From: Candidatus Pelearchaeum maunauluense
GTDB lineage: Archaea > Thermoproteota > Nitrososphaeria_A > Caldarchaeales > Caldarchaeaceae
Assembly (NCBI GenBank): GCA_030059675.1
Contig: JANVYQ010000001.1
Span: forward strand, 128,001-192,000
DNA length: 64,000 nt
Reading direction: 5' to 3'
The translations under genes and the position numbers were made by a program. Under the pieces are notes generated by a model. The model worked only from the letters and a program-made list of their open reading frames with translations. It searched no databases and was not told where the DNA came from. The first letter of the stretch is position 1. The number at the start of each line of letters is the position of its first letter. Below are positions 29,514-39,623 of this stretch, piece by piece.

Positions 29514-30063
29514 TTGAGGTTGGCTTCCTCAGCAGAGCCCTCCACGTGAAGAGGCGCTTAGTGTATGAGAGTCTCTCAAACCCTATCTCGTCCAGCGCTC
29601 CTAGAACCTGCTTGGGCATGGTTCCATGGCCTAGTAGGCGTGTTTTTATCGGGTCTGCTATGAGGAATAGCCCGCCATCTTTGAGCTTTCTATAAACCTG
29701 CTCAAGCGCTCCGCGCCAGTTGTTTATATGGTGTAGGCTCAGTAGCATGACCGCCCTGTCAGCCGACGCGTCTGGCACATGGCGCATATCTGCTGCATCG
29801 CCCTCAACAACCACAACGTTATACAGGTTCTTCTCCTTCAGCCTCCTCACCAGCTTCTCCAGATACCCCTTATTCACATCCACCGCGTAGACGCGGCCAG
29901 CAGCGCCCACGATTTCCGCCGCGGGTATGGTTAGGAAACCCGTGCCGCAGCCAACGTCAAGTAGGGTATGCCCCTCAGCCAGGCCTAGGGCTTGCAGAAG
30001 CTCAAACGGGCTCTGAAGCCTACGGCGGAGCCGCGAATCCAAGAGGAGAGACTCAACACCCAA
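29494..30063 (-). CDS. Class I SAM-dependent methyltransferase (UbiE-like)
   Basis: LLDVGCGTG, YAVDVN, LSLHH, LKDGG. Confidence 0.9.
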   Translation of the reverse strand: MGVESLLLDSRLRRRLQSPFELLQALGLAEGHTLLDVGCGTGFLTIPAAEIVGAAGRVYAVDVNKGYLEKLVRRLKEKNLYNVVVVEGDAADMRHVPDASADRAVMLLSLHHINNWRGALEQVYRKLKDGGLFLIADPIKTRLLGHGTMPKQVLGALDEIGFERLSYTKRLFTWRALLRKPTSTTGGLP

Positions 30064-30333
30064 CTCGGCTACTCAGCCGCCTAGCCGCTCTATAAAGCAG
30101 TACCAGACGAAGGAGTGGGTTATCTACTCATCTTTTGGTTGTGTCATCTCTGTCGTCAAGCTGCTTGACTGTAAAGACGACAAGAGCCGACATATCCTTG
30201 ACTAACGCTTAAATAAGCGGCGCCGTCTGCGCGGTGGTTGTAGGTGTGGTTGGTGAGGCTTAGGGGCGAGTGTCTTCATATATCGCATCTCTAGGCCAGC
30301 CAGCCCTATTGAGAGCTTTCTCTGGGGTGTTGT

Positions 30334-31320
30334 GTGTTGGCTAGGGTAAAGTTTGCAATACCTAAAGGCTCGCTGGAGAGCGCGACCTACGACATACTCT
30401 CCCGCGCTATGCTCAGGCTACGCGGCTATGAGAGGACATACAGGCCAGTCGTGAGCGACCCTGAGATTGAGGTGAAGATACTGAGGCCGCAGGAGATACC
30501 ACTACTCGTGGCTGCTGGCGCCTATGATATTGGAATCTCTGGTATAGACTGGGTGAGCGAGACTGGCGCTGATGTTATGCAGCTACTAAACTTGGAGTAT
30601 GGCTACGTCAGGCTGGTCGTGGCTATTCCCAAGACGTGGCGATACAGCTCGCTGGACGAGATAATCACAGACTACGCCAGCTCTGGGCGCGTCCTCAACA
30701 TCTCAACAGAGTATCTCAACACGACAGCCTCTTACGTTGCCTCCACTAGGGCGTATAAGGAGAATTATGGTGACGCCGAGCCGAAGGTCATAACCCCCTG
30801 GTGGTCGCGCGGCGATAACGACCGCGTGAGGATTTACCTAAGCTTCGGCGCAACCGAGGCCAAGCCGCCAGAGGACGCGGACATAATAGTTGATGCTTCC
30901 CAGACTGGGATTACGTTGGAGCAGAACAATCTCAAGGCTGTTGAAACCATAGCGGAATCCACAGCATACCTCATAGCGAATAGACAAGCCTACAACGATG
31001 AAGAGAAACGCGAGAAGATACTTGATGTCCTCACACTACTGCGCGGCGTCGTTGATAGTGGGAAGAAGCTCCACATATTCGCTAACGTTTCTGAGGAGAA
31101 CCTGAACGAGCTGCTTAGCTCGCTTCCAGCGTTGAAGAGCCCAACGGTGAGCCCCTTGTCGCGGAAGGGGTGGTATGCTATCAATACAGTAATCTCGCGC
31201 GACGAGTTCCTCACAATACTTCCGCAGCTCAGGAGGCTTGCGCAGGGCTTGGTCGTCCACGAGCCCAACCTTATACTGCCGCTTGAGGAGATTGCGCAGA
31301 GGGGCAAGGAGGGCAGTTGA
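30334..31320 (+). CDS. hisG: ATP phosphoribosyltransferase (long form)
   Basis: AIPKGSL, RPQEIP, DIGISGID, GATEAKP..ADIIVD..TG.TL..N.L, C-terminal PTVSPL. Confidence 0.95.
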   Translation: MLARVKFAIPKGSLESATYDILSRAMLRLRGYERTYRPVVSDPEIEVKILRPQEIPLLVAAGAYDIGISGIDWVSETGADVMQLLNLEYGYVRLVVAIPKTWRYSSLDEIITDYASSGRVLNISTEYLNTTASYVASTRAYKENYGDAEPKVITPWWSRGDNDRVRIYLSFGATEAKPPEDADIIVDASQTGITLEQNNLKAVETIAESTAYLIANRQAYNDEEKREKILDVLTLLRGVVDSGKKLHIFANVSEENLNELLSSLPALKSPTVSPLSRKGWYAINTVISRDEFLTILPQLRRLAQGLVVHEPNLILPLEEIAQRGKEGS

Positions 31321-32612
31321 GTCCGCGTCTTTTTCAGGTCTCAGAGGACGATGCCGAGAGGGTGGCGTGTGAGATAGCTGCACGGCGCCCAGACCATCGC
31401 GGCCTCGTGCAATCCATCGCGCACATAATAGCTGATGTGAGGCGGCGGGGAGACGCGGCTTTACTGGAATATACTAGGCAGTTCAACGGCGCAGATCTTA
31501 CGGGGCTGGGCTTAAGGATTGAGCGTAGGGAGATTGACGCTGCGTATAGGGATTTGAGCCCCAGGCTCAGGCGTGCTCTGGAGAGGATGGCCGAGAATAT
31601 CAAGGCGGTTGCGCGTCTCCAGCTCTCGCGTCTAAGGTTTAGCCGCCGCCTCCACGGAGGGGTTGAGATAACACTACGCGCATATCCGCTCCAGAGCGTC
31701 GGCTGCTACATCCCAGGCGGCGTGGCGGCATACCCAAGCACAGCCCTAATGACCACAATACCAGCGAAGGTAGCTGGAGTCAAACGCATAGCGGTATGCA
31801 CACCACCCAACAACAAGGGAGAGGTGAGCAAGCCAGTGCTCGCGGCGCTCAAGATAGCTGGGGTGGAGGAGGCCTATCGCGTGGGAGGCCCCCAGGCGAT
31901 AGCAGCGCTAGCATACGGGACTGAGACCATCAAGCCAGTCGCGAAAATCATAGGCCCAGGCGGAGGATACGTGACAGCAGCCAAGCTCGCAGTCTCCAGC
32001 GATGTAGCGATAGACATGCCCGCAGGGCCTACGGAGCTGGTCGTCTACTCTGATGATGAGAGGCTGGCAGAGGACGTGATGTATGAGCTCTGTGCGCAGG
32101 CTGAGCATAGCACCGACACACTTGTGGGGCTGGTAACTACGGATGAGCGTCTGGCTTCTGCCGTGTTGGAGGGTATGGAGGTGTTTATGAGCAGGTTTGA
32201 GCGGAGCGAGATAATCTCCAAGTCTTGGGATGAGAATGGGTTTGTGGCCACCTGCAAGAGCCGCGAGGCTGCTGCGCGCCTGATAAACGAGATTGCGCCT
32301 GAGCATGTATCCATAATCTCCAAAAACCCTTCACGAATGGCTGAGATGATTACCTCCGCTGGCCTCGTATCGCTGGGCGCCCATACATCAACGGCATTAT
32401 GCGACTACGTGGTGGGTGTTAATCACGTCCTCCCCACCTCTGGATACGCGAAGCTGCGCGGAGGGCTTAGCATACTTGATTATGTCCGCCTAGTCTTCAG
32501 CGTCCGCGCGTCCAAGCGCTCAGCACGTTCTCTGGCTAGGTATGTTGAGGAGCTGGCCTTGGCTGAGGGACTTCCTGGCCATGCTCTAGCCGCGCGTAGG
32601 GTTGGTGAGTAG
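31317..32612 (+). CDS. hisD: Histidinol dehydrogenase
   Basis: GCYIPGG, GGPQAIAALAYG, DMPAGPTE, QAEH, APEH, DY..G.NHVLPT. Confidence 0.96.
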   Translation: MSPRLFQVSEDDAERVACEIAARRPDHRGLVQSIAHIIADVRRRGDAALLEYTRQFNGADLTGLGLRIERREIDAAYRDLSPRLRRALERMAENIKAVARLQLSRLRFSRRLHGGVEITLRAYPLQSVGCYIPGGVAAYPSTALMTTIPAKVAGVKRIAVCTPPNNKGEVSKPVLAALKIAGVEEAYRVGGPQAIAALAYGTETIKPVAKIIGPGGGYVTAAKLAVSSDVAIDMPAGPTELVVYSDDERLAEDVMYELCAQAEHSTDTLVGLVTTDERLASAVLEGMEVFMSRFERSEIISKSWDENGFVATCKSREAAARLINEIAPEHVSIISKNPSRMAEMITSAGLVSLGAHTSTALCDYVVGVNHVLPTSGYAKLRGGLSILDYVRLVFSVRASKRSARSLARYVEELALAEGLPGHALAARRVGE

Positions 32613-32615
32613 CCC

Positions 32616-33704
32616 TTGAGGCGCGAGGTCCTTGAAGCGCAGAAGAGCAGGCTCGCGGCGATAGCTCCCTTCACACCAGCACCTAGGCCAGAGAGGCGCG
32701 AGGAATGGAAGCTAAAGCTGGACGCCAACGAAAACCACTTTATAGATGGCGGCATCCTGAGAAGGATACTGGCGGAAGCCCTAGAAGAGGTTGACCCACG
32801 TTTCTACCCCGTTGAGGAGTTTCAGCTACTGCGCGAGGATATTTCACGCTGGCTGGGTGTTGGCTCTGATTTGATTGCCCTAGGCTACGGCGCCGACCAG
32901 CTCGTTGAGCTTCTCGTCCAGGCTTTTGGGGTTGGGTATGGTGTTGCCTCAATATCTCCGACGTCCCCCAGCTACGAGACGCGATGCAGGATACTCGGCC
33001 TCAAATACTCGTCAACACCACTACGCGGCGATGGCTTTGAGCTTGATGTTGAGCGCCTCTCGGAGGAGGCGCGGAGGTCTGGCCTGGTCTTCATCTGCTC
33101 CCCCAATAACCCGACTGCAAACCAGTTCAGGCGCGATGATATACTAGCCATCGTTGAGAACGCTGCGTGGGTTGTGGTGGTTGACGAGGCTTACGCCGAC
33201 TTTGGCGAGTATAGCATGGTCGGTGACGTTGAGAGGTATGATAACCTCATAGTCCTCCGCACCTTCTCCAAGTTCTTCGGCCTAGCCGGCCTCCGCGTAG
33301 GCTATCTCATAGCCCCCCGCGATGTTATTGACGCATTCGTCAGGGTTGTTCCACCGTTTAACGTTCCCAGCTTCTCGCTGGCCGCTGCGCGGAGGGCTTT
33401 GCGACACCTTGACCACGCCTTGAAGGCGGTGGAAGAGCTTAAGGCGGAGCGCTCCAGGCTTATACAGCGCCTCAACACGATAAGCGGCGTGAGGGCATTC
33501 CCCTCGCAGGCCAACTTCATATTCCTAACAGCCCACCTAGATTCCTCAATTGCTAGGAGAGCACTATCCGAGTATGGGGTCATGGCCAGGATAATTGAGG
33601 GGATGCCAGGCCTAGGAACCTGCTTCAAGATAACAGTCGGACGGCGCGAGGCTAATGATTCCGTCGTTGAAGCTTTCTCCTCGTTAATGGGTGGTGGTGC
33701 TTGA
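32616..33704 (+). CDS. hisC: Histidinol-phosphate aminotransferase
   Basis: LDANEN, CSPNNPT, DEAY, RTFSKFFGLAGLRVGY. Confidence 0.95.
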   Translation: MRREVLEAQKSRLAAIAPFTPAPRPERREEWKLKLDANENHFIDGGILRRILAEALEEVDPRFYPVEEFQLLREDISRWLGVGSDLIALGYGADQLVELLVQAFGVGYGVASISPTSPSYETRCRILGLKYSSTPLRGDGFELDVERLSEEARRSGLVFICSPNNPTANQFRRDDILAIVENAAWVVVVDEAYADFGEYSMVGDVERYDNLIVLRTFSKFFGLAGLRVGYLIAPRDVIDAFVRVVPPFNVPSFSLAAARRALRHLDHALKAVEELKAERSRLIQRLNTISGVRAFPSQANFIFLTAHLDSSIARRALSEYGVMARIIEGMPGLGTCFKITVGRREANDSVVEAFSSLMGGGA

Positions 33705-34276
33705 GAGCCGCGCGTATGGAGAGGAAGACAGCGGAGACCAGCATAGAGGCTGAGGTAAACCTTGATGGCAAGGGCGTTTACAGCGTGGCGACTGGGATAA
33801 AGTTCCTAGACCACATGCTAGCCACGCTCTCCAAACACTCTCTCATAGACATCAACCTACGCGCCGAGGGAGACCTACGCCACCACATCATAGAGGATGT
33901 GGGCATCGTGCTGGGCAGGGCGTTATCCGAAGCCCTGGGCGAGAGACGCGGCATCAAGAGATTCGGCTACGCCATAACACCGATGGACGAAGCACTAGCC
34001 CTAGCCGCTGTCGACCTCGTAAAGAGGCCGAAGCCAGTAATCAGGCTACGCACAAAGCTAGATGCTGTAGAGGACATACCAGTAAGCGAGCTGGCGCATT
34101 TCCTTGAGAGCTTCGCAACATCGCTGGAGGCGGCGGTGCATGTTAGGGTTTTAGCTGGCGGGGACGACCATCACAAGGTTGAGGCAGCATTTAAGGCGCT
34201 TGCCCTAGCCCTACGCCAGGCTATTGAGCAAGACCCGCGTCGCGTTGGGGTACCATCCACGAAGGGGAGCATGTAG
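33701..34276 (+). CDS. hisB: Imidazoleglycerol-phosphate dehydratase
   Basis: FLDHML, HHIIEDVG, PMDEAL, DHHKVEAAFKA, PSTKG. Confidence 0.97.
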   Translation: MRAARMERKTAETSIEAEVNLDGKGVYSVATGIKFLDHMLATLSKHSLIDINLRAEGDLRHHIIEDVGIVLGRALSEALGERRGIKRFGYAITPMDEALALAAVDLVKRPKPVIRLRTKLDAVEDIPVSELAHFLESFATSLEAAVHVRVLAGGDDHHKVEAAFKALALALRQAIEQDPRRVGVPSTKGSM

Positions 34277-34286
34277 AACAAAATAT

Positions 34287-34841
34287 TCATCCATAGAGGA
34301 TGGCGTGAACCTGATGCGGGCCATGAACACCCACCACCAGCCTAAGCTCTATGTCAGCGGTCTTGCTGGGTCCTGAGATTAGCGTGATGACAGCTCCCCG
34401 ATTCTTTATCGTCTCGCTCATCACGCCAGCTAGGTCCTGAAGTCTCTTGACGATGTTCTCCCTGTTTAGGAGGCAGGCGTGTATTCTGGGTATTGTGGAG
34501 ACCAGCCTATCCTTCTGGTCTTGCGTTATCTCCACCAACGTTCCCGTCTCAGCTACCGCGAAGTCTGGCATCGTTATACCAGCGTCGGCCATGTTCATCT
34601 CACGGGGAGCGTTGTTTGAGGGCTCTATCACGTCTATCCCAGCAGACCTGACGCTCCTCAGCACGTGCTCGCGCGCATCGCCTCTCATCCTAGCTACAAC
34701 CACGCGCCTAACTCCCTGGCCAACCAGTAGGTTGGTGAGCGTGAGAACAGCCTCGCCGAATGTGCGCGTCTCATAGACCTTGCCACCCTGCTCGGTGAAA
34801 CGCTCCCTGAAGAGACTAGCCAGCCGCGCGTTTCCAGGCAT
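34287..34841 (-). CDS. LUD domain protein (LutC/YkgG)
   Basis: AVAETGT, ISGPSKTADIE..LVVGVHGP. Confidence 0.9.
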   Translation of the reverse strand: MPGNARLASLFRERFTEQGGKVYETRTFGEAVLTLTNLLVGQGVRRVVVARMRGDAREHVLRSVRSAGIDVIEPSNNAPREMNMADAGITMPDFAVAETGTLVEITQDQKDRLVSTIPRIHACLLNRENIVKRLQDLAGVMSETIKNRGAVITLISGPSKTADIELRLVVGVHGPHQVHAILYG

Positions 34842-34955
34842 CGGCTAAACCTCTACATCATGAGCCCCTGAGCCATAATTTTAACCAGATACAAGCCCTC
34901 CCCATTGAAACACTATTAAGCTCCCGCGTGCGTGGGGCTTTAGCGTGGATGGCGC

Positions 34956-36245
34956 TTGAGGCTTATCGCAGACCTACAGCTCCATAGCCGTTTTTCTGGC
35001 GCGACCTCTGATAAGATGCGCGTAGGCGAGATTAGCTATTATGCGCAGCTTAAGGGGCTTAACCTCCTCGGAACTGGCGACGCTCTCCACCCCACATGGC
35101 TTGCGGAGCTTGAGGATAGCCTAGAAGAGCTGGAGGGCTCTGGCCTCTACGTCTCGCGGAGCGGCGAGTATCGTGGAATCTTCTTCATAGTCCAGACGGA
35201 GGTTGCTACAGTCCACGAGCTTGGTGGAAAAGCTAGGAGGATACACCACGTAATCCTGATGCCCAGTTTTGAGATAGCCCACCAGCTCCGCGACCTGCTT
35301 GAGCCTTATGGAAACATAGACGCAGACGGCAGGCCTGTGCTGGAGATAACGCCAGCCGAGCTTGTGGAGATAGTCATGGCAACCTCACGCGATAACTTGG
35401 TCTTCCCAGCCCACGCGTGGACGCCCTGGTGGAGCATCTTCGGAGCCTTCAGCGGCGTTGACAGGGTTGAGGAATGCTACGAGGACCAGACGAAGCACAT
35501 ACACGCGATAGAGACTGGGCTTAGCAGCGACCCGCCCATGAACTATCGCTGCAGCTGGCTGGATAGGTATGTATTGCTGAGTAGCTCAGACGCTCATAGC
35601 CCCTATCCGTATAGAATAGGCCGCGAGGCTGTTGTGTTTGAGCTTCGGAGACCATCCTACCGCGAGCTGGTAGACGCTGTTAGGAGACGTGATAAGAGCA
35701 GGATAAAGATGACGGTTGAGGTTCCGCCTGAGTATGGGAAGTATCACTGGTCTGGCCACCGTAGGTGCGGCTTCGGGCCTGTAAGCCCCTCTGAGGCCAA
35801 GAAACTGGGATACAAATGCCCTGTCTGCGGGAGGAAGCTCACCAAGGGTGTTGACGACAGGGTTGAGGAGCTGGCCGACCGAGAGCCTGGCTACACACCA
35901 CCCGACGCCATCGGCTTCATACGCCTCCTACCCCTACAGGAGCTCATCGCGGTCTCCCTCGGCATGGGGCCTGAGGCAGAGGCGAAGCTGATGAGCCAGA
36001 AGGTCTGGAAACAATACCTAAAGCTCATAGAAGCTTTTGGCAACGAGTTCAACATACTCCTAGACGCGTCTATAGAGTCCATCAGGGAGCAAGCTGGGCC
36101 TAGGCTTGCGGAGCTTATAGCGGCGATGCGTGAGGATAGGCTGAGGTTCACGCCTGGCTATGATGGTGTTTATGGCCGTTTGATGCTTGGTGAGGCGAGG
36201 AGCGAGGGAGCGAAGGCAGGCGGCACGCTTGACCGCTACTACTAG
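34956..36245 (+). CDS. endoQ: Endonuclease Q (PHP domain + Zn ribbon)
   Basis: HSRFS, GTGD..HP, PAHAWTPW, ETGLSSD, SDAHS, GKYH..GHRRC, CPVCG, PGYDGVYG. Confidence 0.92.
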   Translation: MRLIADLQLHSRFSGATSDKMRVGEISYYAQLKGLNLLGTGDALHPTWLAELEDSLEELEGSGLYVSRSGEYRGIFFIVQTEVATVHELGGKARRIHHVILMPSFEIAHQLRDLLEPYGNIDADGRPVLEITPAELVEIVMATSRDNLVFPAHAWTPWWSIFGAFSGVDRVEECYEDQTKHIHAIETGLSSDPPMNYRCSWLDRYVLLSSSDAHSPYPYRIGREAVVFELRRPSYRELVDAVRRRDKSRIKMTVEVPPEYGKYHWSGHRRCGFGPVSPSEAKKLGYKCPVCGRKLTKGVDDRVEELADREPGYTPPDAIGFIRLLPLQELIAVSLGMGPEAEAKLMSQKVWKQYLKLIEAFGNEFNILLDASIESIREQAGPRLAELIAAMREDRLRFTPGYDGVYGRLMLGEARSEGAKAGGTLDRYY

Positions 36246-37423
36246 CGCGCCCGCCTTATGAGCTGAGCCAACACAGCACCAGCCAATGAGATTATGGCGG
36301 CCAACTGGAAAGCCGCTGGGAAGCCCAGAGCGTCTATTACATATCCGCCGAGCGGCGCGCCTACAGCCTGGCCCGCGCTGAAGAATATTGTTACGAAGCC
36401 CCCTGCGGCTGAGCGTAGGCGCTGCTCAACCGTATCAGCCGCTGCAACCACTGCCAGCGTCGGCACACTCCACGCTGCTATCCCGAAGATGGCCGCCGAA
36501 AAAGTGGCGAGCTGGGAAGTTCCAGCGGTTATCGCCAGATACGCGATAGCAAGCGTCGTGTATGCCAGGCTTATCGCAGCCCTGCGTCCAATCTTGTCAG
36601 ACGCAAAGCCCCAGATGAAGCCGCTTGAAATGCTCAGCACGCCAGCCATGAAGAATACCCTACCAGCAGTCCCCACCTCCATGCCTATGCCGCTCACCAT
36701 GTAAGCCACCAAGTATGTGATGTAGATTATGTATGACAAACCGTAGGCGAGGTATGTGAGTCCTATAATCCATAGGTGGGGTGAGAAGATGACATCACCC
36801 CAGGCGAGAACTGGTGTATGTGCTCGTTCTCCTCTGGCTGTTGTATCTGGCCTGTCTCTCACCAGCGTTGCCACGAGGAGGGCTATCGCTATGAGCGCCG
36901 CTCCCATGTATATCCATGCATAGCACCATCCCTCTGGCTGCTATGCATGTATTATCGCTGGCACGGCTATTCCAGCCGCGGCGAAGCCAGAGCCTATCCC
37001 AGCGGCCACAATACCAGTAGCCCTTCCCCTCAAGTGTTGTGGGAACCAGATTGATGGGAGAACAACCGCTGGCAGGTAGAGGCCTCCATTTCCAAGCCCA
37101 GTGAAGAGCCGTGTGATTAACGCTGAGAGTGTGTCGGAAACTCTTGACGTTGCTATCATGCTGGCACCCATGAGGAAGGCCGCGGCTGTCATGACAATCC
37201 TTGAGCCGTATCTACTCGCCAAGAAGCCTCCTATCGTGGCAAGCGTCATGTAGCCGAGGAAGTTGCCGAACTCAATAATCCCCATGCTGGTGTAGTCAAC
37301 GCCCAGCGAGGCGCGCATGTCTTCCAACAGTAGCGAGTAGGCGAACCTGCCGAAGCCGTGAGCGCCCAAGACGCTTACAAACGCTACCCCAACGATAACC
37401 CAGCCGTAGTAGATTCTACCCAA
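36242..37423 (-). pseudogene. MFS transporter (YbfB/YjiJ-like) interrupted by an in-frame TAG at 36941-36943
   Basis: GFGRFAY...IIHA*QPEGWCYAWIYMGAAL; both ORF-track halves share one frame; ASDKIGRR. Confidence 0.85.
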
Positions 37424-37471
37424 CCAGCATCACCGCGGCCATGAAGGAGAGGAGGGACGCCTCCCCTCTCT

Positions 37472-38293
37472 TTAGAGCCTGTAACCGTATTTCTCGGCTA
37501 CGCGCCTGGCTTCCTCATCCCAGCCCAGCTCAAACAGCCCATCAACGATGTAGCTGAGATAATCATCTCTTGGTCTCTGTCCCTCTACCTTGTAAAGCTC
37601 GGTAGCGACGTAAACATCCGCGTAGTATTGCTGGCCATCCCTGCCATGGACGCGGACAATCCTGCGGGTGTAGTTTTCTGGATAGCCCTCATAGCGGTCT
37701 AGTGTTTTCAGCTCTCTTTGGGTTATTGTGTAGAGAGCGCCATATACCCGCGAGCCCGTGTTTGGCTCTATGTTCGCGCATATTCCGCTGCCGCATCTCT
37801 TGTTGAAGACGAGCTCGTATCCCTCTAGTATTGCTGGTATCCTCCTGGCTGGTTTAACGTTCCTCTCAGCAAGCCTACGCGACGCCATGTTGGAGCCGTA
37901 TGCGAAGTAGTTTAAGCATCCTTTCCCTCCAGCGTAGTCTCCGTCTTCTACTGCTCTAGCGCTCTCCACCTGCTTTCCCGTGTATTCGTAGAACTGCGCA
38001 GACTCGCGGAAGCGTTTTTCCTCATCAAAATAGACATCCACGGCCACGCGTCTGTAGAGGCCGCCTTCAACGTCTTCAACCCTGTCCAGCTCCTCCAGCA
38101 GACTCTCGCTTATCTCATACACCTCTCCCCAGACCCGTCCATCGCCCATAACCGCGCCTGGGTATTCTCCCAGGTCTATGAGCCTATATCCCTCTATGAA
38201 ACCCCTACCCACGAGCCTAGAGCCCTTAAGCCTACCATGCAAGCTGAACCCACACATCAGCAAACCATAGACGAAGAGGAGAAGACTGCGCAT
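37472..38293 (-). CDS. Tandem gamma-glutamylcyclotransferase (AIG2-like) domain protein
   Basis: Domain 1 LFVYG..M...GEVY...LDRVE; domain 2 YFAYGSNM...LDRYEG.P..Y.R. Confidence 0.85.
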   Translation of the reverse strand: MRSLLLFVYGLLMCGFSLHGRLKGSRLVGRGFIEGYRLIDLGEYPGAVMGDGRVWGEVYEISESLLEELDRVEDVEGGLYRRVAVDVYFDEEKRFRESAQFYEYTGKQVESARAVEDGDYAGGKGCLNYFAYGSNMASRRLAERNVKPARRIPAILEGYELVFNKRCGSGICANIEPNTGSRVYGALYTITQRELKTLDRYEGYPENYTRRIVRVHGRDGQQYYADVYVATELYKVEGQRPRDDYLSYIVDGLFELGWDEEARRVAEKYGYRL

Positions 38294-38369
38294 AGGGAGT
38301 ATGGTGGAGCGGCTTCCTACTTATCGTTTATCAAGCCCTTTTATATAGCGCTACTACGCCGATTATACC

Positions 38370-38645
38370 ATGCCACACCATATAGAGCTCTTCGTGGGCG
38401 GCTGCCCCCTATGCGAGCGTGTGAAGAATATGATTGAGGTCGGTAAATGCGTTGGCTGCGTGTTGGAGGTTCATGACTTGAGCAGGGATTATGAGAGGGT
38501 TGGTGATAAGGTGCGCGAGTATAGGATACGCTGCGTGCCCACGATAGTTATAGATGGCAGGATTAAGGTTGAGGGGCTTCCAGAGTTCAGCTTCGTGTGC
38601 AGCGATGAGTTTTACCAGTGGCTTGAGAGCGAGTATAAGACGTAG
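38370..38645 (+). CDS. Glutaredoxin/thioredoxin-like protein
   Basis: GCPLC, VPTIVIDG, additional CVGC. Confidence 0.85.
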   Translation: MPHHIELFVGGCPLCERVKNMIEVGKCVGCVLEVHDLSRDYERVGDKVREYRIRCVPTIVIDGRIKVEGLPEFSFVCSDEFYQWLESEYKT

Positions 38646-38659
38646 CACACGCCTCCCGC

Positions 38660-39595
38660 GTGTGGTGTATATCCTTGAGCATAAACATAGCTGTTCTAGG
38701 CGCCACGCATGTGGATTATACCCTAGTTGTTGAGCGTCTGCCGCGCGTGGGCGAGACGGTGATAGGGGGAGAGCTGAAGTTCTCGCTAGGCGGTAAGGGC
38801 GCTAATCAGGCTGTAGCAGCCTCACGTCTGGGGGCTGAGACCTTCTTCATAAGCCGTGTCGGCGAAGACGCTCTAGGTGGAGTGGCCATAGAAGGACTTA
38901 GGAAGAACAACGTCCATACCGAGTATGTCTATGCAGACCCAGACCACCCGACTGGGATCGCGCTAATCTTCGTGGATAGGGAGGGTAGGAATATGATAGG
39001 CGTGGCGCCAGGCGTGGATGAGCATATAACACCCAACGACGTTGATAATGCGCGGGAAGCCCTGAGCAGGGCGGCGGTCTTCCTGACCCAGCTTGAGATA
39101 CCCGTAGCGACTGTAGAGTATGCGGTGCGCGAGGTTAAGAGGATGGGGAAGACTGTCATACTGAACCCAGCGCCAGCGAAGCCTCTGCCAGAAAGCCTGC
39201 TCTCATGCGTTGACATACTAACGCCAAACGAGGTTGAGCTGGCCATGCTCACAAACGAGCAGCCGAAAACGCAGAATGGAGTCATAAGCGCCGCGCGCAA
39301 GCTAATAGACAACGGCGTGGGAGCTGTGGTAGTAACGCTGGGCGCCGAGGGGGCGCTACTAGTTACGGAGGAGGCGGAGCTCCACATAAGGGGTGTTAGG
39401 GTGAGCGCGGTAGATACCACAGGGGCAGGCGACGCGTTCAACGCTGCCATGGCTGTTATGCTCGCACGCGGCCGCGAGCTGGACGAGGCTGTCCGCTACG
39501 CAAACTACGCAGGAGCGCTGGCAACAACAAAGCTGGGCGCACAAGAGGCGCTACCCACAATAGAGGAATTGGAACGCTTCCTGGCGAAACGATAA
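38660..39595 (+). CDS. rbsK: Ribokinase
   Basis: GGKGANQAVA, QLEIP, NPAPA, PNEVE, DTTGAGDAF. Confidence 0.93.
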   Translation: MWCISLSINIAVLGATHVDYTLVVERLPRVGETVIGGELKFSLGGKGANQAVAASRLGAETFFISRVGEDALGGVAIEGLRKNNVHTEYVYADPDHPTGIALIFVDREGRNMIGVAPGVDEHITPNDVDNAREALSRAAVFLTQLEIPVATVEYAVREVKRMGKTVILNPAPAKPLPESLLSCVDILTPNEVELAMLTNEQPKTQNGVISAARKLIDNGVGAVVVTLGAEGALLVTEEAELHIRGVRVSAVDTTGAGDAFNAAMAVMLARGRELDEAVRYANYAGALATTKLGAQEALPTIEELERFLAKR

Positions 39596-39623
39596 ATTAT
39601 TAAAGAGCAGGGTAGATTGTTGG

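Noticed and set aside
30215-30334. His-codon attenuator leader upstream of hisG
   Set aside because: No His-rich leader peptide or terminator hairpin was found.
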